NCBI GenBank assembly: GCA_963762255.1
Contig: CAVXKA010000002.1
Location: forward strand, 960,001-1,024,000
Origin: Candidatus Eiseniibacteriota bacterium
GTDB taxonomy: Bacteria > Eisenbacteria > RBG-16-71-46 > JABDJR01
Direction: 5' to 3'
Length of the DNA stretch: 64,000 nt
Shown here: positions 31,687 through 42,892 of the stretch, piece by piece
Layout: each line of letters opens with the position of its first letter
Position numbering within the stretch: position 1 is the stretch's first letter
Position numbers and translations under genes: made by a program
The notes under the pieces: model-generated
What the model was told of the DNA's origin: nothing
The model's input: the letters and a program-made list of their open reading frames with translations, nothing else
The model's database searches: none

Positions 31687-34600
31687 ATGCAGAAACGCCT
31701 GATGTTCACCTTGGTGCTCCTGCTTGCCTGGTCAGCGCTCGCGCTGGCCCGACCGGCGGACAACACCAATGTGAACGCCAAATTCCAACTCGTCACCCTC
31801 TCGTCGGAGAAGGCGCTCTCCGCGGCGGAAACGCCGGGCGTGACGACCGCCGCCCAACCGGGCACCACATTCTTCGGCGGCACGGTCTGGGCCGCCGACT
31901 CCTCCCGATGGGAGGCGATTCAAGACTCCATTTGGACGTTCGACTCCGGCGCGGGATCGCACTTCGATTTCTCGGCACCCGGCGTCAACCCGTACAAGTA
32001 CGGCGCCCAGGGTGAACCGAGCCCGCTGCACGCGTACATGGAAGGGTGGGTCGGCGTCGACAAGACGTTCAGCGAAACTCCCTACTTCCGTCGTCTTTCC
32101 GGCTCGAGCTTTCCGACTCACGTGTGCGTGGGGAGTTCCGCCGGTCTGGGCGGGAGTTACTCGTTCTGGGCGGGGGTGCTCCCGTCGGAAGCCAGCGCAC
32201 TCTGCTACGCGGACGGCCAGGGCTACGGCACGAATTGGTACGTGTGCATCGAGCAGGGTTTCACGTACAACGGCTTGGGGTCGGTGACCCTGCACTACTC
32301 CTATGTGAACGACACCGAACCCGCGTACGACTACACCTATGTGATCGCGGACACCACCGGCAGCGGCGACGAGAACCAACTGGCGGCCTACACCGGCCCG
32401 GTCAGCGGGACGGGGAATTTCATCCTGACTCCCGGGATCGACATGCGTAGCACCGCAGGCCCCGTCACGTTCAAGTTCTGCGTCCAGTCGGACGGAGGCT
32501 ATGACGACCAGGACGGCGCTTATGGGACCGCATGCGGCGCCTTTGCGGTCGACGACATCACGGTCACCGGAGGCGGGATCGCTCACACCGCCTCGTTCGA
32601 GAGCGGAGCAGACGGATGGGTTCTGAGCCCGGCAGCGGCGGGGCCCGGTGGCGAGTGGTCGAACATCGTCGACCTCGCCTCCCTGCCTTCCACGCTCACC
32701 GACTGCCCGTGCGACCTCGCCGACTCCGTCCTCGTCTTCGAGGATCTTTCCGTCGGCGGTCACGGCACCTACCAGGACAACACCGCGGCGTCTCCCTGGA
32801 TTGACCTGCGGGCGGCCAGCCTGGTGGGCACGCCGGGCAAGTTCATGGAGTACAGCTTCTACGTTGAACTGCCTCTCCAGAACTATGTCTTCGTGCAGCA
32901 GGAAGTGCAGTGGTACCCGGATGTCTGCGCCTCCACCGGCAAGCTGGTGCTGAGCCCCTGGACCACGGACGGCTTCGTCACCTACTTCGGCGAGGTTCCG
33001 CTCTGCACGAACCCGGGCAACATCCGTCAGCAGGACGAGTACGGAGCGTTCGTGTCTCCGGGAGCGGAGCAGATGCGCATCGCCTTCGGCGCGATCAACT
33101 ACTGCCGCTTCTACGGCAACTGCTCCGGGGTGACCAACAGCACCCCCTGGATCGACAACGTCCGCCTGGGTGTGTGGGGGAATCCCGGCGCACCGACCCT
33201 GTTCACACGCACCTACGACCGCCCCCAGGACGCCTTCCCCGAGAACGGCTCCCTGCGTATCAATGCACCAGGGCGCCTGGACGGCAACAATGTGAAGGGC
33301 TTCGTGAGCCCCGAGCCGTTGAGTTCGCTGGGTGACACGCTGGTCGTGCGCGGAGCCACCGGCGGCGCCGAGGTGCGCATCGAGTTCTCCGCGATCCCCG
33401 GCCCGGGCACCGATCTCGCCCGATTCAACTCATGGCTGACCCAGCACCAGTTCGAGGGCGTCCGCGACGGCCTCAGTTGGTACTCGGCTCGCCTCGATTC
33501 CGCGGAGCAAGGCGGCGTGGTGGGCGCGTCCGGTCGCTGGATGACGGCCTACCATGAGTCCGACCCGAACTTCTCCGGCTCGGACACCGCCATCGATCCC
33601 ACCGACCTGGACCCTCTCGGCGGGACCAACCGGCTCATGAACGACATGTTCCCGGACGATCTCTTCACCCCGGGAAGCCGCGTGAACCTGTTCTACAAGG
33701 CGCGGTACCTGACGGGAGCGTCGTGGTACGTCGAGCCTGACACGGCTCTGTTCAAGTACTACGAGTTCGAGGTGTTGCCGACCTCCATGGCCGCGGATTC
33801 GACGTTCAACTGCGTGCTGTACGTCGATCGCTACGACGGACGTAACTTCTACCAAGGGGTCATCGACGTCGTGGGCGGCGGCCAGCGCCGCATCGAGCCG
33901 GCACTCGCGTCCATCCTTCCCGGCGGGTCCGCGAACGCCGAGAACACGGCGTGGGACCGGTTCGATCTGCGCGCACCGGACAGCGGATTGGGCTGCTTCG
34001 GACGGCCGCTCAACACCGAATACGGCTCCACCATCCAGCAGAGCCTGGGTTACAAGACGATCATCTGGCACAGCGGGGATCTCGACGGCGTCACGCTGAT
34101 GAAGGAAGACGCTGACGTCCTCATCCCGTGGCTCACTCTTACCGAGCCGGGGCTGGGGTTCAACAACCTCTACATCACCGGTGACGATGCAGTGAAGTCC
34201 CCGACGCAAGAGGCGGCGACGGAGCCCAGCGCTCTGCGGCTCCTGAACGAGTTCGCCGGCGTGAACTTCGCCTGTAATACGGTTCGCGATCCAGGCTGCC
34301 CCTCCGGCAACATGGTCCGCGAGATGGTCGGGTGCCTTCCTGTGGACCCGGTGGGCGGCGCTACGGTGGCGAACGCCCTTCCCGGCGGTCGTGCCGTTCA
34401 GCACCTCGCCCAGGGGAACGGCTGCCCGCAGCTGCGCTCCTTCGACGTGCTGGATGTGTTTGTCGGCGGTCTGGGGAACCCGCAGGGTGACGAGGTGTAC
34501 AACGGTCCGAGCAAGGGGATCGTGAACTACGCTTCGGTCGTGAACGAAGCGACCGGCGGCCCCGACTACAAGACCGTGGTCGACGGCCTCTCGGTGCACT

Positions 34601-35064
34601 TCCGCCGCGATCCGTCGAACTGCGTGTTCACCACCGGGAACGCGATCGAGCCGGCAGTTGAGGAACGCCTCCACGAGGTCCTGCAGTGGTTCGGGTACAC
34701 CGGCGTACTGAACGCCTGTGCCGATCCCACGGCCGGAACCTCGGTGCCGAGCGAGCCCCGGCAGCCGACCTTCAAGACCGCGCTCGCCAACTTCGCTCCG
34801 AACCCGCTGGTGGGTGCGGCGAAGGGCACGATCCAGTTCACTCTCGCCCACGAAGCCAAGGCGGCGGTCGACATCTTCGACGTCAACGGTCGCCTGGTTC
34901 GGACGGTGTTCGACGGGACGGCCCACGAGGGTCTCAACGTCGCGCACTGGGACGGTCTCGACTCCGGGTCGCGACCTGTGACGAGCGGCGTGTACTTCTA
35001 TCGCCTCCGCGTGGACGGCGATGAGCTCGCCAAGAAGCTCGTCGTGGTACGTAACGGCTCCTAG
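31687..35064 (+). CDS. Large Cys-rich secreted protein (1125 aa) with FlgD-like C-terminal domain; function unknown
   Basis: GGAGG RBS; signal peptide MQKRLMFTLVLLLAWSALALA; jelly-roll-like DTEPAYDY..V / F..(Q)SDGG; C-terminal PNP...GRLVRT...WDG...SGVYFYRL. Confidence 0.85.
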   Translation: MQKRLMFTLVLLLAWSALALARPADNTNVNAKFQLVTLSSEKALSAAETPGVTTAAQPGTTFFGGTVWAADSSRWEAIQDSIWTFDSGAGSHFDFSAPGVNPYKYGAQGEPSPLHAYMEGWVGVDKTFSETPYFRRLSGSSFPTHVCVGSSAGLGGSYSFWAGVLPSEASALCYADGQGYGTNWYVCIEQGFTYNGLGSVTLHYSYVNDTEPAYDYTYVIADTTGSGDENQLAAYTGPVSGTGNFILTPGIDMRSTAGPVTFKFCVQSDGGYDDQDGAYGTACGAFAVDDITVTGGGIAHTASFESGADGWVLSPAAAGPGGEWSNIVDLASLPSTLTDCPCDLADSVLVFEDLSVGGHGTYQDNTAASPWIDLRAASLVGTPGKFMEYSFYVELPLQNYVFVQQEVQWYPDVCASTGKLVLSPWTTDGFVTYFGEVPLCTNPGNIRQQDEYGAFVSPGAEQMRIAFGAINYCRFYGNCSGVTNSTPWIDNVRLGVWGNPGAPTLFTRTYDRPQDAFPENGSLRINAPGRLDGNNVKGFVSPEPLSSLGDTLVVRGATGGAEVRIEFSAIPGPGTDLARFNSWLTQHQFEGVRDGLSWYSARLDSAEQGGVVGASGRWMTAYHESDPNFSGSDTAIDPTDLDPLGGTNRLMNDMFPDDLFTPGSRVNLFYKARYLTGASWYVEPDTALFKYYEFEVLPTSMAADSTFNCVLYVDRYDGRNFYQGVIDVVGGGQRRIEPALASILPGGSANAENTAWDRFDLRAPDSGLGCFGRPLNTEYGSTIQQSLGYKTIIWHSGDLDGVTLMKEDADVLIPWLTLTEPGLGFNNLYITGDDAVKSPTQEAATEPSALRLLNEFAGVNFACNTVRDPGCPSGNMVREMVGCLPVDPVGGATVANALPGGRAVQHLAQGNGCPQLRSFDVLDVFVGGLGNPQGDEVYNGPSKGIVNYASVVNEATGGPDYKTVVDGLSVHFRRDPSNCVFTTGNAIEPAVEERLHEVLQWFGYTGVLNACADPTAGTSVPSEPRQPTFKTALANFAPNPLVGAAKGTIQFTLAHEAKAAVDIFDVNGRLVRTVFDGTAHEGLNVAHWDGLDSGSRPVTSGVYFYRLRVDGDELAKKLVVVRNGS

Positions 35065-35101
35065 CCTATCTACCCCTTCCTCAGGGGAATAGGCCGAACC
35101 C

Positions 35102-35141
35102 CCGAGGGGTTGGAGCGACGGCTCCAACCCCTCGGTTTTTT
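35102..35141 (+). terminator. Strong intrinsic terminator
   Basis: 15-bp perfect stem ccgaggggttggagc/gctccaacccctcgg, 4-nt loop, TTTTTT. Confidence 0.9.
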
Positions 35142-35150
35142 GTAGGGACA

Positions 35151-35432
35151 ATGCCACGAACCGCCAAGCTCACCTTCGAGGTCACCGGCGACGCCGCACC
35201 CGCGGTCGCGCTCACCTACACCAACCGGGAGGGCGCGGTCGAGCGATGCGAGGCGACCGCCCCCTGGGCCATGGCGTTTCCCGTGGCCTGCGGTCGCCGC
35301 ATCTACTTGAGCGCCTATAACCTGGGCGTGGGGACGCTTCGCGTGCGCGTCCTGGTGGATGGGTGGGTGTGGCAGGAGTCCGAAGCGACCGGACAGCACC
35401 ATGTCGTCGTCGTGTGCGGCATCGTGCCCTAG
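35151..35432 (+). CDS. Small beta-sandwich protein (MmpS-like), hypothetical
   Basis: FEVTG....LTY...G......PW pattern; no signal peptide or TM helix. Confidence 0.5.
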   Translation: MPRTAKLTFEVTGDAAPAVALTYTNREGAVERCEATAPWAMAFPVACGRRIYLSAYNLGVGTLRVRVLVDGWVWQESEATGQHHVVVVCGIVP

Positions 35433-35543
35433 TCGAATCGGGCCGATGAAAGGCCCCCTCCGGCGAGGACGACCCACGAGCCGCGAAGCGCCGCGCGCTC
35501 GCGCGGCTTGAGCCCCAAGCCCTACCGGGCTATTCTCGGCGCC

Positions 35544-36392
35544 ATGCCGGCCGGCACCCCGTCCACTTCGCTCTCCCTGCGGCTGTGGGGGACCGCTGAC
35601 GTTCCCCGCCTGCGTCTCGCCGCGCTCATCGCCTTCTGCGCGGCGGCCGCGCTGCTCATCCCCCTCGAGTGGTTCGTGCCCGGCGCGCTGCTATGGCTCG
35701 TCTCGGCGGTCCTCGTGTGGCGCGACCGCGATCCCGCATTCAAGCGACGCATGGCCGTGCTCCTGGGCGCGATCGCAATCCTCGCCGCCAGCCCCATCGA
35801 CACCGATACCTCGACGCGGCACTTCATCACGCTTGGGATACCGTTTCTGGCGGTCGTGCTCGGGCCGGCGCTCATCCTCGGCCGCACCGACCCCGGAGTG
35901 ATCCGGTATCGCTTCAAGCCGCGCCGCTTCCGCGGACTCGACATCGGCTACGTGGCGATCTCGATCCCCCTCGCCTGGCTCGTCTTCGAGCTCTACTTCA
36001 AGATCGTGAACACGTGGATGCCCACCCACTGGGTCCTGCCCGCGCACCCGGACGCGGAGGCCTCGTGGCGGCTCTTCACTGGCATCAACTGCGTGGGTAT
36101 GTGGGACGAGCTCTTCTTCGTGAACACCGTGTTCGCGGTGCTGCGCAGCGTCTTCCCGTTCCGCGTGGCCAACGCGGCCCAGGCGGTGATCTACGCCTCG
36201 GTGCTCACCGACATGGCGTTCACCGGAATCGGTCCTGCGGTCGTCTTTCTCTTCGCGCTCACCCAGGGGGCGATGTTCGAGGAGTCGGACAACCTGCTCT
36301 ACGTGCTCCTTGTCCATGTGATCGTGGACGTCTTCCTGCTGTCCGCGATCTTCAACTACTACTATCCGGGATTCACGCCGATCCCGTTCTAG
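35544..36392 (+). CDS. CPBP (CAAX/Abi) family intramembrane protease-like protein
   Basis: Multiple TM helices; WDELFF (variant of EExxF); C-terminal HVIVD. Confidence 0.7.
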   Translation: MPAGTPSTSLSLRLWGTADVPRLRLAALIAFCAAAALLIPLEWFVPGALLWLVSAVLVWRDRDPAFKRRMAVLLGAIAILAASPIDTDTSTRHFITLGIPFLAVVLGPALILGRTDPGVIRYRFKPRRFRGLDIGYVAISIPLAWLVFELYFKIVNTWMPTHWVLPAHPDAEASWRLFTGINCVGMWDELFFVNTVFAVLRSVFPFRVANAAQAVIYASVLTDMAFTGIGPAVVFLFALTQGAMFEESDNLLYVLLVHVIVDVFLLSAIFNYYYPGFTPIPF

Positions 36393-36433
36393 GATCGTCT
36401 GGGATTCCACGGGAGGGGCGGCTCACTTTGCGG

Positions 36434-36461
36434 TTGAATCCTCCCGCTGATCTGCTAAGAT
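36434..36461 (+). promoter_or_regulatory. Possible extended -10 promoter for fusA
   Basis: TTGAAT-16 nt-TAAGAT, with TGn immediately before the -10. Confidence 0.4.
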
Positions 36462-36564
36462 CCTGCGACTCATTTTGTAAGGCACTTTTCCTGTCTCCGG
36501 CGGCGGGCGCCGCCGGCTCCCGTAGGCTCTCTGCGGGGCGAACTACGCCCACTTGAGGAACGTG

Positions 36565-38652
36565 ATGTCCAAGGACCTGACCAGGGTACGTAACATCGGC
36601 ATTAGCGCCCACATCGACTCGGGGAAGACCACCCTGACCGAGCGCATCCTCTTCTACACCCAGCGGATCCATGCGATCCACGAGGTGAAGGGGAAGGACG
36701 GCGTGGGCGCCACGATGGACCACATGGAGTTGGAGCGCGAGCGCGGGATCACCATCACCTCGGCGGCGACCCACTGCGAGTGGCAGGGATACCACATCAA
36801 CATCATCGACACCCCCGGCCACGTGGATTTCACCATCGAAGTGGAGCGGTCGCTGCGCGTGCTGGACGGGGCCATCCTCGTCCTGTGCGGCGTCGCCGGC
36901 GTGCAGTCCCAATCGATCACGGTGGATCGCCAGATGCGCCGCTACAACGTGCCGCGGCTGGCCTTCGTGAACAAGCTGGACCGCGTGGGCGCCAACCCCT
37001 ACCGCGTCTCCGAGCAGCTTCGCGACAAGCTGGGCCTGAACTCGGTACTCCTTCAGATTCCGATCGGCCTGGAGGCGGAGCATCACGGCGTCGTCGACCT
37101 CGTCACCATGAAGGCGATCCTTTTCGACGGGGACAACGGGGAGATCATCCGCGAGGAGGAGATCCCGGCCGCCATGGCCGCGGAGGCCAAGACCCGCCGC
37201 GAGGAGATGCTGGACGCGGTCTCGATGTTCTCGGACGAGCTGATGGAGGCGATTCTGGAGGGTCACCCCACCGAGGACCAGATCCGCGCCGCCATCCGTA
37301 AGGGCGTGATCTCGCTCGGCCTGTGCCCGGTGCTCATGGGCTCCGCCTACAAGAACCGGGGAGTGCAGAAGCTGCTCGACGCGGTCAACGACTACCTCCC
37401 CAACCCCACCGACGTGAGAAACCTCGCAGTCGACCTCGACCGGGGCGAGGAACAGATCGTACTCGAGGCCGACTCGGAGAAGCCCCTGGTCGCGCTGGCG
37501 TTCAAGCTGGAGGACGGCTCCTACGGCCAGCTCACCTACGTCCGCGTCTATCAGGGCACGCTCCAGAAGGGTGACTTCATCACCAACAGCCGCACCGGCA
37601 GGAAGGTGAAGGCCGGTCGCATCGTGCGCATGCACGCGGCGAGCATGGAGGACATCGACAGCGCAACCGCCGGCGACATCGTCGCCCTCTTCGGCATCGA
37701 CTGCGCCTCCGGCGACACCTTCACCGACGGCACGATCGAGGTCTCCATGACCTCGATGTTCGTGCCCGAGCCGGTGGTGAAGCTGATGATCAGGCCCAAG
37801 GACAACAAGTCCAAGACCAATGTCTCCAAGGCGCTGCAGCGGTTCACCAAGGAGGATCCGACGTTCCGGACCATGGTGGACGATGAGACCAGCGAGACGA
37901 TCATCGCAGGGATGGGCGAGCTGCACCTCGACGTCTACATCGAGCGCATGCGCCGGGAGTACAACGCGGAGGTGGAGACGGGGATTCCCCAGGTGGCCTA
38001 TCGCGAGAGCATCACCCGGCACGCCGCGTTCAACTACACGCACAGGAAGCAGACCGGCGGCTCCGGCCAGTACGGCAAGGTGATCGGCTACATCGAGCCG
38101 TCCGAGTCGGGCAATTTCGAGTTTGAGAGCGAGGTCACCGGCGGAAACATCCCCACCGAGTACATCTCCTCGTGCGAAAAGGGATTCCGCTCGATGGTCA
38201 ACAAGGGGCCGCTGGTGGGCTTCCCCATCGTGGGGGTAAAAGTGGTGCTGGAGGACGGCGCCTCCCACGCGGTCGACTCCTCGGACAACGCGTTCCAGGC
38301 GGCGGCCCGCGGCGCCTTCCGCGAAATCTACTCGCACGCCAAGCCGCAGGTGCTGGAGCCCCTGATGAAGGTAGCGGTCGAGACCCCCGCCGAGTTCCAG
38401 GGGGACGTGATGGGCACCCTGATGCAGAGGCGCGGGATCATCCATGGCACGACCGAGGACGCCGGTTTCATTCGGGTGGAGGCCGAGGTGCCGCTGGCCG
38501 AGATGTTCGGCTACGCGACCGCCTTGCGGTCGGTGACCCAAGGCAAGGCCGAGTTCACCATGGAGTTCGCGCGCTACGCGCCGGCGCCGGTGAGCGTGGC
38601 CGAGGAACTCGTGAAGAAGTACCAGGAAAAGCGCACCGCGGAGCGGAAGTAG
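36565..38652 (+). CDS. fusA: Elongation factor G (stand-alone copy)
   Basis: [59 protein letters not shown]. Confidence 0.97.
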   Translation: MSKDLTRVRNIGISAHIDSGKTTLTERILFYTQRIHAIHEVKGKDGVGATMDHMELERERGITITSAATHCEWQGYHINIIDTPGHVDFTIEVERSLRVLDGAILVLCGVAGVQSQSITVDRQMRRYNVPRLAFVNKLDRVGANPYRVSEQLRDKLGLNSVLLQIPIGLEAEHHGVVDLVTMKAILFDGDNGEIIREEEIPAAMAAEAKTRREEMLDAVSMFSDELMEAILEGHPTEDQIRAAIRKGVISLGLCPVLMGSAYKNRGVQKLLDAVNDYLPNPTDVRNLAVDLDRGEEQIVLEADSEKPLVALAFKLEDGSYGQLTYVRVYQGTLQKGDFITNSRTGRKVKAGRIVRMHAASMEDIDSATAGDIVALFGIDCASGDTFTDGTIEVSMTSMFVPEPVVKLMIRPKDNKSKTNVSKALQRFTKEDPTFRTMVDDETSETIIAGMGELHLDVYIERMRREYNAEVETGIPQVAYRESITRHAAFNYTHRKQTGGSGQYGKVIGYIEPSESGNFEFESEVTGGNIPTEYISSCEKGFRSMVNKGPLVGFPIVGVKVVLEDGASHAVDSSDNAFQAAARGAFREIYSHAKPQVLEPLMKVAVETPAEFQGDVMGTLMQRRGIIHGTTEDAGFIRVEAEVPLAEMFGYATALRSVTQGKAEFTMEFARYAPAPVSVAEELVKKYQEKRTAERK

Positions 38653-38669
38653 GCGAAGGAGGCGAGGCC

Positions 38670-39377
38670 ATGTACACCAAGGATGTGAACGAGCGGAGCC
38701 CCCTGCGGGTGTTCGAAAAGTCGATCCACGGCGGTCTGGGCCGGGGAAATCTCGGCGTCGTCATGTCGCGCGCGGGCATCGGCAAGACCGCGTTCCTGAT
38801 CGGGGTCGGCCTGGACGACCTCATGCGCGAACGGCGGGTGCTCCACTTCTCCGCCGGCGATTCCGTGGACCACGTGATCGCCTTCTACGACGAGGTGTTC
38901 GCGGAGCTGAGCAAGTCGTCCCAACTCAAGGATCGCGCGTCCACCCACCTGATGGTGGAGCGGTGCCGCATCGTCCACACCTACCGCGGTGTGGAAATGA
39001 ACGTCGCCCGCATCCTTCGCGATACCGACTTCTACCGGCAGCACGCGTCTTTCGAGCCCGATGTGATCCTCATCGACGGGTTCGACTTCGCCAAGGCCGC
39101 CGAATCCGACCTGGCCACGCTCAAGGAATTCGTGCAGACCCTGAACGTGGAGCTGTGGCTGTCGGCGCTCACCCACCGCCATGAGCCGGTGACCGATCCC
39201 CGCGGGATCCCGAACCCGGCGGCGCGCGTCGATTCCTGGATCAGCGTGATGGTGCAGCTCGAAGCCGGGGACGGTTCGGTGACCGTGCAGCTCCTCAAGG
39301 ATCACGAGAACACCGATGTCTCGGAACTACACATGAAGCTGGATCCGAAGACGCTTCTGCTCCTGGAAGGGAACTAG
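38670..39377 (+). CDS. RecA/DnaB-like P-loop ATPase-domain protein
   Basis: AGGAGG RBS; GGLGRGNLGVVMSRAGIGKT Walker A; VILIDG Walker B. Confidence 0.8.
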   Translation: MYTKDVNERSPLRVFEKSIHGGLGRGNLGVVMSRAGIGKTAFLIGVGLDDLMRERRVLHFSAGDSVDHVIAFYDEVFAELSKSSQLKDRASTHLMVERCRIVHTYRGVEMNVARILRDTDFYRQHASFEPDVILIDGFDFAKAAESDLATLKEFVQTLNVELWLSALTHRHEPVTDPRGIPNPAARVDSWISVMVQLEAGDGSVTVQLLKDHENTDVSELHMKLDPKTLLLLEGN

Positions 39378-39403
39378 AACCGGCTCCGGAGAGACTCCGG
39401 CCC

Positions 39404-40378
39404 TTACTTCTTCTTCCCGCTCTTCCTCTCGACCCGTACCGAGTCGACCATCGCCACGATCTCCTCCACCACCACGTCCGGTGCTTCGCGATAGACGTAG
39501 TGCCCGGAGTGGGCGATGCGCAACTTGGGGTGCCTGGACATCTCCGCGATTCGGGTGTTCTCGTCGATCCAGAACTCCTGGAACTTGAAGGCGACCGCTC
39601 CGAAGGCGGGGTTCGCGTTCCCGGCCGCGATCACCGTGACCGGCAGCTCGCCGAGCGAATCGATCCCCGCCGCCTCCGCACCCGCCGAGAACATCTCCGC
39701 ATGTTCCGAGGTCAGCATGCGCAGACGGGGAGCCTGCCCCGCGACGCTGGAATCGGGAGAAGCCGCCGCCGCTTCGGCGTCCCGCGCCAGGCGCGCGCTC
39801 GTGCTCTCGGCGTCGGCCCTCAGCTCGGGAAAGCTCGTCCCGGCGAGAAAGGCGATCGGCGGGGGATCCACCAGCACCAACCCGGCGGCCAATTCGGGGT
39901 GGCGGGCGCTCAAGAGGAGCACGTTGAGCCCGCCCAGCGAGTGCCCCACGAAGATGTAGGGAGGCGCGATCCCGACGTTCTTCAGCGCCGTCACCAGCTC
40001 ATCCATCGCTCGGTCCGGAGTGCGCGGCAACGGCCCGGGCTCGCTTCGGCCGTAGCCCGCCCGCTCATAGGTCACGACCTGGGTGCGCTCCGCGACGCGA
40101 TCGACCACCGCCTGCCAATTGGACGGGGAGTCCCCGAAACCCACGTCGATCACGACGGCGGGCCGCCCTTCGCCCGCAGTCATGACGTGAAGGCGATGCG
40201 TGCCGACGCTCACCAGCGTATCGGCGGGGACGGGAGGGACCGTCTCACTGCGCGAGTCCGCCAGCGCGGCTCCCGACCGCGCGCCGGCGGCCACACCGCC
40301 GATGACAAGGATGGAGACGGTCAGGCCCGCCAGGGCCGCGCGGCCTGCGAACTCGCGGACGGACATCCGATCAAGCAT
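39404..40378 (-). CDS. Exported alpha/beta hydrolase
   Basis: N-terminal hydrophobic segment, YERAGYGRS, GHSLGG, SGHYV. Confidence 0.85.
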   Translation of the reverse strand: MLDRMSVREFAGRAALAGLTVSILVIGGVAAGARSGAALADSRSETVPPVPADTLVSVGTHRLHVMTAGEGRPAVVIDVGFGDSPSNWQAVVDRVAERTQVVTYERAGYGRSEPGPLPRTPDRAMDELVTALKNVGIAPPYIFVGHSLGGLNVLLLSARHPELAAGLVLVDPPPIAFLAGTSFPELRADAESTSARLARDAEAAAASPDSSVAGQAPRLRMLTSEHAEMFSAGAEAAGIDSLGELPVTVIAAGNANPAFGAVAFKFQEFWIDENTRIAEMSRHPKLRIAHSGHYVYREAPDVVVEEIVAMVDSVRVERKSGKKK

Positions 40379-41162
40379 GAGTACCCCCCGGAACACCCAA
40401 GAGTCGCACCCCGTTCTCGAGACGCTGCGGGCTGCGGAATGACCTCATGAGAAACGCGTGCGCGGTGCGAACCGCCGCCGGCAGCTCGTCTCCCGCCGCG
40501 AGGCGTGCCGCGATCGCGGCGGAAAGCACGCAGCCGCAGCCGTGCGTGCTGACCCCGTGGACGCGCTCGCTCGTCCAGCGCTGCAGTGATCCGCCGTGCC
40601 ACAGGAAGTCCACCGGATCGCCGGGGAGGTGGCCGCCCTTGAGCAGCACGGACACACCGAAACGACGCCCCAACATCTCGGCCGCTGCCGCCGCGGAGGC
40701 CTCGTCGGGGATCACCTCCCCCAGGAGAATGCCCGCCTCGTCCAGGTTCGGCGTAATGATGGCCGCGAGAGGAACGAGCAGTTCGGCGTAGGCCGATTCC
40801 GCTTCGGGCTTGAGGAGTCGAGCCCCGCTCGTCGCGGCCATCACCGGATCCACGACCAATGCGGGCACCGCGTAGCGGTCGACGGCCCTCACCACGGCCT
40901 CGATGATCTCCCGCGAGAAGAGCATGCCTGTCTTGGCCGCCTTCACCGGAAAGCCGGTCATGACCGCCCCGATTTGAGCCGACACCTCCGCGGGAGGGAC
41001 CGCGGTCACCGCGGTGACCCCCTCCAGGTTCTGCGCGGTCACGCAGGTGATGGCGCTCGTCCCATGCACGCCCAGCGCGGTCATCGTGCGCAGGTCGGCT
41101 TGAATGCCGGCGCCCCCTCCCGAGTCGGAACCGGCGATGGTGAGCGCAACGGGACGGATCAT
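40371..41162 (-). CDS. thiD: Hydroxymethylpyrimidine/phosphomethylpyrimidine kinase
   Basis: [45 protein letters not shown]. Confidence 0.95.
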   Translation of the reverse strand: MIRPVALTIAGSDSGGGAGIQADLRTMTALGVHGTSAITCVTAQNLEGVTAVTAVPPAEVSAQIGAVMTGFPVKAAKTGMLFSREIIEAVVRAVDRYAVPALVVDPVMAATSGARLLKPEAESAYAELLVPLAAIITPNLDEAGILLGEVIPDEASAAAAAEMLGRRFGVSVLLKGGHLPGDPVDFLWHGGSLQRWTSERVHGVSTHGCGCVLSAAIAARLAAGDELPAAVRTAHAFLMRSFRSPQRLENGVRLLGVPGGTHA

Positions 41163-42892
41163 GCGTTCAACTCCTCAAGCTTGCGGGCCATGTCCCGCTT
41201 GGGGATGAGATCCCCCCTATGAGCGGCGATCGCGATCCCCTCGCGCAACACCGCCTCAGCCTCGGCGCGCCGCCCCGACCGCACCAGGCACGTAGCCAGA
41301 TGGTTGAACGCCATGCTGTAGTCCCTCTGCCCCTCGATGGCCTTGCGAAAGCAGGGCGCCGCTTCATCGTAGCGTTCCAGGTCGAGAAGTGTCTTCCCGA
41401 GACCGAAGTTGGCGATCACGTCGTCGGGGTCCATATCGAGAACCTGATGGAAGAGCCCGATCCGTTCCTCGAGCCGCGCGCGGCGGGCCGCTTCGTCCTC
41501 CTCGCTCTTCCTCGCGGCCGCCTTCTCACCCAACTCGCGCTTCCAGATGAGATAGGTGACCTGGCCCTTCAAGCGCTCGGCCTCGTCGATGCGCCCCTGC
41601 TGCGCGTGGTAACGACTCAGGTTCGTCCACGCCATCACGTTCTGCGGATCGGCCTCGGTGAGGCCCCGCATGATTTCGATCGCCTCGTCGAGGCGCCCCA
41701 ACCGCTCCAGACATACTCCGATCGCCTCGAACGCGGCGGCATGATGCAGGTTCATCAGAGTGGCCCGCTCGAACTCGGCGATAGCCGCTTCGAATCGGTC
41801 GGCCTTGAAGTCCTCCATGCCGCGGCGATAGTGGGTTTCGGCCTGCTCGGCCGGACCCGGTGGACGATAGAGCGGCAACGCGGTCACCGTCGCCGCGACG
41901 TGCTCCGAGCCCGCGCGAACGTGCACCACCGCTCCCGGTTCGGCGGCTTCCCGGCGGAGCCAGGCCAGCGCGATCGGCCGGCCGAGGCTCGGCGACCAGC
42001 AGGCGCTTCGGGTCTCCCCTGCCGGGACATCACCCAGATAGACGGGCGTGCCCGACGCGGGAGCGTCCCCGCCTTCCATGAGAAGCCCCATCAACAGGCG
42101 GTTCACATGACCGCGCGCATGCACGCGGGCCACCGTTTCCTGACCGAGATAGCAGCCCTTGTTGAAGGAGACCATCTCGTCGCGGCCGAGTTCGAGGAGC
42201 AGCGTGCGCTCGTCGATGTCGACCCCGTACTCGGGCCGGCCTCCTTCGATGCGCAGGATCTCCAGAGCCGCCGGGCCGATCTCCACGAGACCTTCCGGGC
42301 GGCCGGCCTCGACGAGGGCCGCGCGAACGAGCGCGGTGTGCTCACGCGGCAGGATGAGACGCCCTCCCACATCGCCGGTCCAGGGGTCGGCCACCCAGCG
42401 GACGTCGACGACGGAGGCCGCAGCGGATCCGGGCACCGCCGACCGTTGGTGGTGGTAGGCCTCCAGTGGCATACGGTGCGCGAAGAGCCGGGAGAGAACG
42501 GCCGGCGTGGAGGGACCGTGCAACTCCCACACCGCGAGCGCCTCGGAACGATCGCGCATCGCCACGTCCTCGCGGAATCGGTGGCGCTCGAAAGACTCCA
42601 GGGTCGCGGCAAGGCGCTGCGCAGCGATGAGGAGAAGAAACGACTCGTCGGCGCGGAGCAAGACGAGATCGGTGGCGATGCGTCCCTTGCGATCGAGAGA
42701 AGCGGTGTACGCGCCGTGGCCCTCGGCGAGCGCCTCCACATCGACCGGAAGTTGGGACTGGAGGAAACGCGCTCGGTCTGCGCCCTCGATCTCGGCCACC
42801 ACCGTCGTTTCGGATACGGAGAACCCCGCCCGGCTTCGCAGCGCGCGCACGCCGGCAGAATCATCGAGAGGCACGGAAAGGGATCCGGTCAC
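41159..42892 (-). CDS. ygfZ: YgfZ/GcvT-family folate-binding Fe-S maturation protein fused to a C-terminal TPR domain
   Basis: G.DRARFLQ, KGR, LRIEGG.P and the signature KGCYLGQE, followed by about 230 aa of TPR helices. GTG start overlaps the iscA stop (GTGA). Confidence 0.85.
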   Translation of the reverse strand: MTGSLSVPLDDSAGVRALRSRAGFSVSETTVVAEIEGADRARFLQSQLPVDVEALAEGHGAYTASLDRKGRIATDLVLLRADESFLLLIAAQRLAATLESFERHRFREDVAMRDRSEALAVWELHGPSTPAVLSRLFAHRMPLEAYHHQRSAVPGSAAASVVDVRWVADPWTGDVGGRLILPREHTALVRAALVEAGRPEGLVEIGPAALEILRIEGGRPEYGVDIDERTLLLELGRDEMVSFNKGCYLGQETVARVHARGHVNRLLMGLLMEGGDAPASGTPVYLGDVPAGETRSACWSPSLGRPIALAWLRREAAEPGAVVHVRAGSEHVAATVTALPLYRPPGPAEQAETHYRRGMEDFKADRFEAAIAEFERATLMNLHHAAAFEAIGVCLERLGRLDEAIEIMRGLTEADPQNVMAWTNLSRYHAQQGRIDEAERLKGQVTYLIWKRELGEKAAARKSEEDEAARRARLEERIGLFHQVLDMDPDDVIANFGLGKTLLDLERYDEAAPCFRKAIEGQRDYSMAFNHLATCLVRSGRRAEAEAVLREGIAIAAHRGDLIPKRDMARKLEELNA

